Of a DNA stretch of 64,000 nucleotides, positions 27,794-36,319 are shown in pieces. The notes under the pieces were generated by a model, which saw nothing but the letters and a program-made list of their open reading frames with translations, ran no database searches and was not told the origin of the DNA. The translations under genes and the position numbers were made by a program. The DNA comes from an uncultured Gammaproteobacteria bacterium (GTDB lineage: Bacteria > Pseudomonadota > Gammaproteobacteria > Pseudomonadales > JAHEGP01), in contig CAVROQ010000023.1 of NCBI GenBank assembly GCA_963722805.1, positions 8,512 through 72,511 of the forward strand, in the 5' to 3' direction. The stretch's first letter is position 1; every line of letters starts with the position of its first letter.

Positions 27794-29076
27794 GCCTGGC
27801 CACCACGATTCGCGAAAGCTATGTGCGGGAATTCCCGGCAGAAGCAGCCCGCGTAGTAGAAAGATTAGCCGACCCCTCCCAGGAGCTCGGCGGGCTGTCT
27901 GCAGATGGTATTGCACGGCTACTGCAACATGTTGATCCGGGCCGACTCAAACCACTGTTGCTCTCGCTGGAATCTGAGCAGCAGTCGAAAGTGCTGCAGA
28001 TGACTAATATCAGAACTGCCATCCTGATATTGAGCAACCTGACCGATGCCGAGCGCGAATCTGTGCTGGTGGGCCTGCCAGAACGAGTCAAGGCAGAATA
28101 TATTGAACTCATACAGTTCCCCGATCGCACCGCCGGTCGCTTTATGGATCGGCTGGACACCCGCTTTCACTGCGAACAGTCGGTCGGTGAGGCACTGGAT
28201 ACACTGCGCAAATCAGGCGCCCAGCGGGTGCGTTCCCTCTACCTGGTCAACGATCAGGATATGCTCGCGGGGCGGGTTGATTTACAGGATATGGCCCTGG
28301 CTGATCCCACGACACCGATGTCAGAATTGTTGCATATTGTCGACGCGGTTGCCGACCTGAACTCTACCGAGGCCGATCTGGTGGCGGTGTTCGATCGCAC
28401 TCGCGTAGATTCCATCCCCGTGGTTGACCATGAAAACAGGCTGCTCGGTATTGTCCGTTATGCCAGCCTGTTTCAGGCGGCAGAAGCCGCGGCCACCGCC
28501 GGATTGCAGCGCATGGTAGGTGCGAGCGAGGATGAACGAGCGCTGTCCAAGCCCCTGTTCGCAGTAAAACGCCGCCTGGTCTGGTTACATATCAATTTAC
28601 TGACCGCGTTTATGGCGGCGGGCGTGGTAGGCCTGTTCGAATCTACCATCGCTCAATTTACCGCACTGGCTATTCTGTTGCCGGTGGTCGCCGGGCAATC
28701 AGGCAATGCCGGATCGCAGGCGCTTGCAGTCACCATGCGTGGCCTTGCCCTGCGAGAAGTAAGCACCCTGCACTGGCGGGGCGTACTCGGCAAAGAGTTG
28801 ATTATCGGGCTGATTAACGGCTCAGTGTTGGCGGTAACCTGTGGCCTGGGGGTATGGTTGTGGAGCCGCTCATGGGGGCTGGCCCTGGTCATTGCCATCG
28901 CCATGGTGACCGCAATGATCATGGCGGGTATTTCAGGTGCTCTGGTGCCCATGATACTCTCTCGGCTGGGACAGGACCCCGCGACGGCGTCGTCCATAAT
29001 CCTGACGACAGTAACGGATATTTCTGGCTTTCTGGTGTTTCTGGGAACCGCCAGCTTATTGTCAGGATTGTTGTAA
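27790..29076 (+). CDS. mgtE: Magnesium transporter MgtE
   Basis: 428 aa. TTG start overlaps the upstream stop (TTGA). N-domain, CBS pair and five TM helices, with the LLPVVAGQSGNAGSQAL motif. Confidence 0.85.
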   Translation: MSLATTIRESYVREFPAEAARVVERLADPSQELGGLSADGIARLLQHVDPGRLKPLLLSLESEQQSKVLQMTNIRTAILILSNLTDAERESVLVGLPERVKAEYIELIQFPDRTAGRFMDRLDTRFHCEQSVGEALDTLRKSGAQRVRSLYLVNDQDMLAGRVDLQDMALADPTTPMSELLHIVDAVADLNSTEADLVAVFDRTRVDSIPVVDHENRLLGIVRYASLFQAAEAAATAGLQRMVGASEDERALSKPLFAVKRRLVWLHINLLTAFMAAGVVGLFESTIAQFTALAILLPVVAGQSGNAGSQALAVTMRGLALREVSTLHWRGVLGKELIIGLINGSVLAVTCGLGVWLWSRSWGLALVIAIAMVTAMIMAGISGALVPMILSRLGQDPATASSIILTTVTDISGFLVFLGTASLLSGLL

Positions 29077-29343
29077 TGGTTGCACACCGCGCCAGCCCTA
29101 TCCAACTGCACGCGGCCTCTTTTGCAGCAAACCATGTGATGATGGGTATGCAGATCAGCAGCTCTCAGCCCGCAACACGGCCGCTCGCGATAACGAGACT
29201 AACGCCGCAACTAACACGATTACCGCTATAAGATTTTTTCGCCCCGGCACATCAAGCTGCAAGTCGTGCTGTGCACAGCAGTAGCGTTAAGATACTGTGC
29301 CCCGGAACAGGATTGCCAAACAGATAACAAGCTGGAGGACGAC

Positions 29344-30987
29344 GTGACAGAGCCACAGCAAGAACCCGTACAAAAGCAAAATCCCGATCGAACAGAGATT
29401 ACGCTGGCCCACCGCGCCCTCGACAAAGGCAAGCCCAAGCGGATCCGCAAACTTTTGCGAGCCATGCATCCAGCCAAGATCGCCAGTTTGCTGGAGTCAC
29501 TGGAACCCCAGCAGCGTGCTGCACTCTGGCAGCAGGTCGACGAGAATGTCGAGCTACGTGTACTGGCCCATTTAAGTGAAGGAATGCGAGCCTCTATTAC
29601 CCAGGATGTCGAAACCATGGGAGAGGCACCTGAAGAATCGGAGGACGGGGCGCCGGCCCGCTCCGAGCTGGAGCGATTGCGCGACGCACTTGAGCGGGGA
29701 AAGCTAAAGCGCGCCAGGAACATGCTGCAACGCATTCATCCAGCCAAGGCCGCTGGCCTGCTGGAGTCGTTGCCTCCCGACGAACGTTCTGCCGCCTGGG
29801 ATATGGTGCACAACGACGCCGCCGGTAAAATACTGATACACCTGCATGACGAAGTACGCCGCAATCTTGCGCTAGAGATGGACCCTGAAGACCTGGCCAT
29901 TACCGCACGCAGCCTGAAGCTGGACGACCTGGTCGACCTGATTCAGGATCTGCCCGCCACGACCGGCCAGCAGCTGCTCCAGACCATGGATCTGGCCGAG
30001 CGCAAACAGCTCGAGACAATGTTGGACTATCCCGAGGATTCAGCGGGTGGTCTGATGAACACCGACCAGATTTCAGTGCGAGAGAATACCAGGCTCAGCT
30101 CTGTACTGCGCTACCTACGGGTGCTCGAAGACCTTCCCGATCAAACTGACAAAGTCATGGTGGTAGATCGCAAAAACCTCTACAAGGGGCAGCTTTTACT
30201 GCGAAAACTGCTGACCAGCAGCACCGATCTGCGGGTAAAGGATGTGATGGATTCAAGCTCCTTGCCTTTTGCGGTCGAAACGCCAAGCCAGGAAGTGGTG
30301 CGTAAATTCGAAGACCTGGACCTGACCTCGGCACCGGTGGTGGATGGCAATGGCCGCTTGGTAGGCCGTATTACCATCGACGACGTGGTAGACGAAATTC
30401 GCGAGGAGTCCGAGCGCAGTTTGATGAACGCCGCAGGTCTGGACGAAGAGGCTGACATGTTTGCTCCGGTGATTACCAGTGCCCGCCGGAGGGCTGTATG
30501 GTTGGGGATCAACCTGGTTACCGCATTCATGGCGGCCTGGGTCATCGGCTTGTTTGAAGGCACTCTGGAGAAAGTGGTAGCACTGGCGGTGTTGATGCCA
30601 ATTGTCGCCAGTATGGGGGGAATAGCCGGCAGCCAGACACTCACCCTGGTTATTCGAGGCCTGGCCCTGGGCCAACTGGAAAGTGGTAATGCCAGGGTTT
30701 TGCTTTGGAAAGAATTCGGCATTGCAGCGCTGAACGGCATTCTCTGGGCGGCAGTGGTGGCGGCCCTGGCGATTGCCTGGTTTGGTAGTTGGGAGATCGG
30801 CGGTATTATCGCGGCGGCGATCTTGCTTAACCTGTTGTGCGCGGCAATCGCGGGGGTAACCATCCCCCTGGTGCTGAGACGCGCGGGCATCGACCCGGCC
30901 CTGGCCGGAGGCGTTATCCTGACCACCGTGACCGATGTGGTGGGTTTTGCGGCATTCCTCGGCCTGGCGACACTGGTGTTAATGTAG
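29344..30987 (+). CDS. mgtE: Magnesium transporter MgtE, long form with a duplicated N-terminal repeat
   Basis: Preferred start is GTG 29344, 5 nt after GGAGGA; the ORF itself opens at 29266. Two tandem copies of the ..R.LL...HPAK.A.LLESL.P..R.A.W.. segment precede the CBS pair and TM domain (LMPIVASMGGIAGSQTL). Confidence 0.8.
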   Translation: MTEPQQEPVQKQNPDRTEITLAHRALDKGKPKRIRKLLRAMHPAKIASLLESLEPQQRAALWQQVDENVELRVLAHLSEGMRASITQDVETMGEAPEESEDGAPARSELERLRDALERGKLKRARNMLQRIHPAKAAGLLESLPPDERSAAWDMVHNDAAGKILIHLHDEVRRNLALEMDPEDLAITARSLKLDDLVDLIQDLPATTGQQLLQTMDLAERKQLETMLDYPEDSAGGLMNTDQISVRENTRLSSVLRYLRVLEDLPDQTDKVMVVDRKNLYKGQLLLRKLLTSSTDLRVKDVMDSSSLPFAVETPSQEVVRKFEDLDLTSAPVVDGNGRLVGRITIDDVVDEIREESERSLMNAAGLDEEADMFAPVITSARRRAVWLGINLVTAFMAAWVIGLFEGTLEKVVALAVLMPIVASMGGIAGSQTLTLVIRGLALGQLESGNARVLLWKEFGIAALNGILWAAVVAALAIAWFGSWEIGGIIAAAILLNLLCAAIAGVTIPLVLRRAGIDPALAGGVILTTVTDVVGFAAFLGLATLVLM

Positions 30988-31033
30988 CGCGCTATCAAAG
31001 GCACCGTCGCCACACATTCAAGCTGCGTTTTTC

Positions 31034-31354
31034 TTACTCAAGCTTTTGCATATGCTTGTGAATCAGATCCAGAAACAGCGGCGTCATACCGGCGTCGTCA
31101 AATACCGGGTCGCCGTACTCGTCCCGCCTGATCACCTTGTCTCCCTGCACATAGGGCATTTGTACTTCGATCTCCGCCAGTGCGGCACTGAGGATATCGG
31201 TAATGATCGATTCCGGCGTCTTGCCGGGAAACATTTCGCTCAATGCCAGCACCCGCGCGGCATCATCGAGGGGCAAGCGCACCGAAAAGTGCTCCTTGGT
31301 GGTGATGGGTTGGCTACCTTCCTTCCATTTTTCCAACAAACTTTTCAGTGGCAT
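31034..31354 (-). CDS. Hypothetical protein (106 aa)
   Basis: Start ATG at 31354 after AAGGGA (MPLKSLLEKWKEG). Soluble and acidic, with no motif I recognise. Confidence 0.45.
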   Translation of the reverse strand: MPLKSLLEKWKEGSQPITTKEHFSVRLPLDDAARVLALSEMFPGKTPESIITDILSAALAEIEVQMPYVQGDKVIRRDEYGDPVFDDAGMTPLFLDLIHKHMQKLE

Positions 31355-31667
31355 TTTTATGCATCCCTTGCGCAAGGCACCGTCAAAGCGCGCCGCGACC
31401 ATTGCTCGCAAATGTTACGGGCAATCTGTGATCACCCCCGGTGATGTCAGCAGTTCGCCAGGCGACGAAAGCTGAGGTAAAGAAAGGATAAACGCCACCG
31501 CAGGAGAAGTCTATTGACCACCTGGCTCCACCCCGGCACTTGTGGCAAAGTCATTGCGTTATTCGCCGCGTGGCCGGCACGCTTGCCAAAAAGGCAAAGA
31601 ACACACTAGCAACCCGCCCGACCGGCCAGCAACAAAGTCGCCGCGGCGCTCACGTCTACTGGCACGA

Positions 31668-32384
31668 TCATGCCCTGGCATCAAAAATATTGACGACCTC
31701 CGCCGGCGTCAGGCGACGGCACTGGCCTTCTGCCAGATCCCCCAGCGTCAGGCTGCCAATCGCAAGCCGATGAAGTTTTAGTACTTCGATCTGAAAGAAA
31801 CCAAACATGCGTTTAATTTGATGATAGCGACCCTCACTGAGAATAACCTCGACATTCCGGTCATCAATAGCGAGCAGTTGGGCGGGACGGGTGGTGATGT
31901 TTTCGAAAGCAAAATAAATGCCGACGGCAAAGGCGGCGATAACGTCATCGTTAACCGGCTTATCCAGCACCACCCGATAGCGCTTTGCAACACGCGAGAC
32001 CGGGAGCGTTAAACGGCGGGACCAGCGACCGTCATTGGTCAGCAATAACAGGCCCGTCGAATTGAAGTCCAGCCGGCCGGCGATATGCAGGTTTTCGGGG
32101 CAGCCATGGGGGAGTAAATCGACCACCGTGGTGTGCCTCGCATCCCGGGTGGCGCTCACGATGGCCGGCGGCTTGTGCAGCATCAGGTAACTGGGAATGT
32201 TCGCCTGCAGCACCTGTTCGTCACATTGAACGTGGGTATATTGATCCACCAATTGCTGAATATCCCTGGCAATATGCTGATCGACCCTCACCCTCCCCTG
32301 TGCCAGCAGCATCCGCACAGCGCGACGATTAATCGACAATTGCTGGCTTAAGTAGCGATCCAGGCGAGAGCGTTTGCTTTGCAT
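31668..32384 (-). CDS. RsuA/RluB-family pseudouridine synthase with an S4 domain
   Basis: 238 aa. S4-like N-terminus (RLDRYLSQQLSINRRAVRMLLAQGRVRV) and the catalytic motif HIAGRLDFNSTGLLLLTNDG. Confidence 0.85.
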   Translation of the reverse strand: MQSKRSRLDRYLSQQLSINRRAVRMLLAQGRVRVDQHIARDIQQLVDQYTHVQCDEQVLQANIPSYLMLHKPPAIVSATRDARHTTVVDLLPHGCPENLHIAGRLDFNSTGLLLLTNDGRWSRRLTLPVSRVAKRYRVVLDKPVNDDVIAAFAVGIYFAFENITTRPAQLLAIDDRNVEVILSEGRYHQIKRMFGFFQIEVLKLHRLAIGSLTLGDLAEGQCRRLTPAEVVNIFDARA

Positions 32385-32566
32385 AATACGGGCTTCAGAA
32401 TGTTGTTTTTAGCGTTGCTAAGCATGCAATCCCGCACCGCAATCACCGCACCGGCCATTTTCACCGCGCTTCAATCCTGGCTAGCGTACCGTGTCCATCT
32501 TGCCGGGTGCTGGCGCGACAGTGATAGCATCCAGAGATGGCGACCAGGCAACATTATTCAGTTCGA

Positions 32567-33154
32567 TCATAATGCATTGCGCTCATCGTCCTGGCCGGGC
32601 CCAGGCAATTTTTTTGCTTGCCTCGGGGCGTGTTCGACCCGCGCTACGGAGTGCCCAGTACGATCCGGCCGCGCCTGGTTTTTCAGCATCGCCTGATCCT
32701 GGCGAAAGCGCACCAGGTAACCCGCCAGGGCGCCGCCACCGGTAGCGATAGTTAGCACCCCCAGGGTCATAAACTGGGTGAATATCATTAAGGCTCCCGC
32801 GCCAATGATCCCGGTAAACGCAGCACCCACTTTGAAATTGGCTTTGGCGTGAGCCCGGTTGGTGGCCTTGGTCATCTGCGCACTGGTCTGCTGCAGCAGC
32901 TTCACAGTCTTTTGCTCAGCGTCCACCTTGAACTTTTCCCGTTCACGAGAGAACTGCTCCTGCGCTTTGGCAACCGCATCCTTTTTCAGGTGCTTGGTAA
33001 TCGAGCCGAACCAGAGTGCGGTGACCAGGTTAATAATGAGGGCCAGGCAGGCAATGGCAAGCCACAGCTGATGATCGTCGGTTTTCAAGGCAGCCACAAC
33101 CAGAGCAACCGTGGCCACCTGCACGAGAACAATTCCGGGAACATACCTGATCAT
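32567..33154 (-). CDS. Hypothetical membrane protein (195 aa)
   Basis: Two N-terminal TM helices, a charged coiled segment (AKAQEQFSREREKFKVDAEQK), two more TM helices and a basic tail. No recognised family. Confidence 0.5.
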   Translation of the reverse strand: MIRYVPGIVLVQVATVALVVAALKTDDHQLWLAIACLALIINLVTALWFGSITKHLKKDAVAKAQEQFSREREKFKVDAEQKTVKLLQQTSAQMTKATNRAHAKANFKVGAAFTGIIGAGALMIFTQFMTLGVLTIATGGGALAGYLVRFRQDQAMLKNQARPDRTGHSVARVEHAPRQAKKLPGPGQDDERNAL

Positions 33155-33447
33155 GTTCGCATGTTAGAAATTAAATGGCCCTGTGACAATTGATTATGGA
33201 ATGTTCAACCCCGGGAGCCGATCTGGGAGGCACCGGCATCATTTGGGCCTTGACGAGCAGGCGCCATTTCAGGTTTACTTCCGCTATAGCTTCACCCATG
33301 GATACAACAGATAACATACGCCGCCCCTGGGAGGAATCTAATATCAGAGCAATTCCGTAGGATTCGAAAAAGCTAGTTACATTTGATAAATTGGCAGAGC
33401 AAGCGGCGTCGTTGCGGCCGATACACAGACAATAATGATGGTGAATC

Positions 33448-35673
33448 ATGAAAATTTCGTCCAGATACCTCCAGTCCCTTGCAGCATCAGCACTGCTTTG
33501 CCTTTCGAGTTACAGTAGCGCCCTCAAAACAGATGCCATGGTGGCCAATGTTAAAAACACTGACCAGGAATGGCTGAGTATCGGCAAAGATTATCGCGAA
33601 CAGCGATTCAGCCCTTTAACCCAGATTAATGATAAGACAGTTAGCAATCTTAATCTGGAATGGGAGGCTGAGTTTCCCACCACCCGCGGTATGGAAAGCA
33701 CACCCCTGGTGCATGACGGCAAACTGTATGTCACCCTACCCTGGGGCCTGATCTATGCCTTCGACGCCAAAACCGGCAGACAGCTTTGGGAATTTGATAC
33801 CTTAAGTAACCGGGCCAACCTGATAAACATGTGCTGTGGTCCGGTAAACCGTGGCCCCGGCCTGTGGGTGGGTGATGATGGTATAACCCGAATCTACATG
33901 GGGACGATAGATGGCCGCCTGGTCGCTCTCAATACGGAAACGGGAGAGTTACTGTGGGAAGTTCAGGTTACGCCCGATGGAAAGGGTTCCCAATATTCTA
34001 TTACCGGCCCCGCTCGTGTCGTCGATGGCATGGTTTTGATCGGATCATCTGGCGCGGAATATGGCGTGCGGGGATTCTTTACCGCCTATGACGCCATCAC
34101 CGGAGAAAAAGTGTGGCGCTTTTACACCGTGCCGCGCGACCCTGCGCTGGGGCCGCAGGAGCAGCCCGAGTTGGAAATGGCGCTCGAAACCTGGACCGGA
34201 GACTTTTGGAAGACAACCGGGGGCGGCGGCACCGTGTGGGATGGAATGGCCTACGATCCGGAGCTGGACCTGCTCTACGTAGGCGTTGGTAATGGCAGCC
34301 CATGGAGCCGGACCGATCGCAACCCGGGTGCTGGCGAAAACCTGTTCCTCAACAGCATCGTCGCGGTCAGGCCGAAAACCGGTGAGTACGTTTGGCACTA
34401 CACGGTAACGCCGAATGACAACTGGGACTATACCGGCGTGCAGCAGGTGGTACTGGCCGAACTGGAAATCGACGGTGAGATGCGTGATGTCATCATGCAA
34501 GCACCCAAGAATGGTTTCTACTTCGTACTCGACCGCCGCACCGGGGAGCTCATCTCCGCGGAGCTCTACGCTCGGGTCAATTGGGCGACCCATTGGGACT
34601 ATGAAACCAACCGCCCGGTTGAAACAGACATCGCCAGTTGGCAGAACTACAAGAACGGAACCATCATATTGCCGGGCCCGGTAGGTGCCCACAATTGGCA
34701 GCCCATGGCATACAGCCCGGACACCCAGCTGACTTACATCCCGGTGCAAAATGCGCCGGTTCCCTATAAGAGAAAGGAGCCATTTGACTACACCCTGCAC
34801 CGCTGGAACACCGGGACAGACGATAGCGTAATCCCTCAGATCACCAACTGGGTCATGTGGGAAGCGGTACTTGATGCTCTATTTTATGGCAAGTTGGTCG
34901 CCTGGGATCCGGTCAAGCAGAAGGAAGCCTGGTCGGTAAAGCTACCCTATGCATCCAACGGGGGCGTGCTTGCCACGGCGGGCAACCTCGTTTTCCAGGG
35001 TAATTTCCAGGGCGAATTTGTCGCTTACAATGCCAGCAATGGCAAGAAGCTCTGGCAATACCAAACCGACGCCCCGATTATGGCCGGAGCCTCGACCTAT
35101 GAAATCGACGGCGAGCAATACGTCGCGATCACCCAGGGGGGTGGCGGTGTTTTGCAGCTCGCCTTCGGCAGGCCCTACCAAAATACCGGGGAGAACACCA
35201 ATCGCCTGTTAGTGTTCAAATTGAACGGCCTGGACTTGCCGGAACGTGCGGCAGATGTTGTACCGAGAAGGCCGGTTCCTCTCATCGAGCCGCGTAATGA
35301 GGACCCGGAATTAATTGCCAAGGGTTATGAAGTCTTTATGCACCATTGTATCGGCTGCCACGGTGTCAGTGCAGCGGCCAGCAATGCCGTGCCAGACTTG
35401 CGTTACCGCAGCGCCGAGACACAGCAAGTATTTGCGGGCGTCGTCGGTGCCGGGGTCCTCGAGCACGAAGGCATGGTGGCATTTTTCCAGACCGAGAATC
35501 TGGAAGACATTGAGGCTTTACGCGCCTTCCTGGATATGCAGCAGGAGACCGTAATTGAAATGGGAGACAACCCGGACCAGAAAACCATCTGGCAGAGTAT
35601 CCAGTACTGGTTTTTCTACGGGCTTCTCAAAATCGTTGATAAATTCCCAAGTTTACTGAACATAATGAGTTAA
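33448..35673 (+). CDS. Type II quinohemoprotein alcohol dehydrogenase (PQQ propeller + C-terminal cytochrome c domain)
   Basis: 741 aa. Signal peptide, a PQQ-ADH propeller with the vicinal disulfide motif NMCCGPVNRG, and a C-terminal heme motif CIGCHG with a downstream EGMVAF. Confidence 0.85.
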   Translation: MKISSRYLQSLAASALLCLSSYSSALKTDAMVANVKNTDQEWLSIGKDYREQRFSPLTQINDKTVSNLNLEWEAEFPTTRGMESTPLVHDGKLYVTLPWGLIYAFDAKTGRQLWEFDTLSNRANLINMCCGPVNRGPGLWVGDDGITRIYMGTIDGRLVALNTETGELLWEVQVTPDGKGSQYSITGPARVVDGMVLIGSSGAEYGVRGFFTAYDAITGEKVWRFYTVPRDPALGPQEQPELEMALETWTGDFWKTTGGGGTVWDGMAYDPELDLLYVGVGNGSPWSRTDRNPGAGENLFLNSIVAVRPKTGEYVWHYTVTPNDNWDYTGVQQVVLAELEIDGEMRDVIMQAPKNGFYFVLDRRTGELISAELYARVNWATHWDYETNRPVETDIASWQNYKNGTIILPGPVGAHNWQPMAYSPDTQLTYIPVQNAPVPYKRKEPFDYTLHRWNTGTDDSVIPQITNWVMWEAVLDALFYGKLVAWDPVKQKEAWSVKLPYASNGGVLATAGNLVFQGNFQGEFVAYNASNGKKLWQYQTDAPIMAGASTYEIDGEQYVAITQGGGGVLQLAFGRPYQNTGENTNRLLVFKLNGLDLPERAADVVPRRPVPLIEPRNEDPELIAKGYEVFMHHCIGCHGVSAAASNAVPDLRYRSAETQQVFAGVVGAGVLEHEGMVAFFQTENLEDIEALRAFLDMQQETVIEMGDNPDQKTIWQSIQYWFFYGLLKIVDKFPSLLNIMS

Positions 35674-35688
35674 CCAAGGAGCAAAACT

Positions 35689-36003
35689 ATGCATTACATT
35701 AAAACCACTATCGCTGTACTGGCGAGCCTTGTTGCAATTTCTTCGGCCTCAGCCGACGAGGCTGCCGACGTGGAAAACAAAATACGTGAGTGTGCCGGCT
35801 GCCATGGCGCCGATGGCATCTCTATTGCTCCGACAATGCCGAATCTGGCGGGGCAAAAGGAGCAATATCTGGTCGCAGCACTCACCGCCTACCGTGACGG
35901 CACCCGCACGGGCGTAAGCGCCGCAATGATGACGCCAATGGCTGCAGGTTTGACAGACGCCCAAATCACGGCACTTGCGAAACACTTTTCCGCCATGGAG
36001 TAA
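35689..36003 (+). CDS. Small periplasmic class I cytochrome c
   Basis: 104 aa. Signal peptide ending SASA, heme motif CAGCHG, distal Met region AAMMTPMA. Lies 15 nt after the ADH gene. Confidence 0.8.
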   Translation: MHYIKTTIAVLASLVAISSASADEAADVENKIRECAGCHGADGISIAPTMPNLAGQKEQYLVAALTAYRDGTRTGVSAAMMTPMAAGLTDAQITALAKHFSAME

Positions 36004-36023
36004 ATGAAACCCCGTCAGTTGAC

Positions 36024-36054
36024 GAGCCCGCTTTCGAGCGGGCTCTTTTGATTT
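36024..36054 (+). terminator. Rho-independent terminator
   Basis: GAGCCCGCT-TTCG-AGCGGGCTC (9-bp perfect stem) followed by TTTTGATTT, 20 nt after the cytochrome c stop. Confidence 0.8.
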
Positions 36055-36319
36055 GGAGCCGGGAACTCAAGGGATCTCGATATTTGCTCCAAACGCCACT
36101 CCCACACCCTATCAGCGGCGCAACGTCCTGAGCCCGTTCAGCTGGTTCCAGCCCTGCTAACACTCTTCCAATTACCGACCTGCCCAACGGTCTCTACACA
36201 GCACCCGAAACCGACACCAGGCATAACGGAATAGCCATCGCCAAGCCCCTGACCGACCCACCCGAAATACGGCACCAGAGAGCCGAAGCGGGCTGAAAGC
36301 CAACGGGCAGGGTACAGTA

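Noticed and set aside
29077-29343. Possible Mg2+ riboswitch (M-box or mgtA-leader type) upstream of the second mgtE
   Set aside because: I could not find the conserved M-box helices or core motifs by eye. Only a short palindrome is present. A covariance-model scan would be needed to claim one.
30180-31013. 277-aa minus-strand ORF opposite the long mgtE
   Set aside because: It is antisense to the conserved MgtE CBS/TM region. The translation is Ser/Ala/Arg/Pro-rich junk.
33380-33400. Sigma54-like TGGCAG…GC element upstream of the PQQ-ADH gene
   Set aside because: The GG-to-GC spacing is wrong for the -24/-12 consensus and no TTGC element is present.
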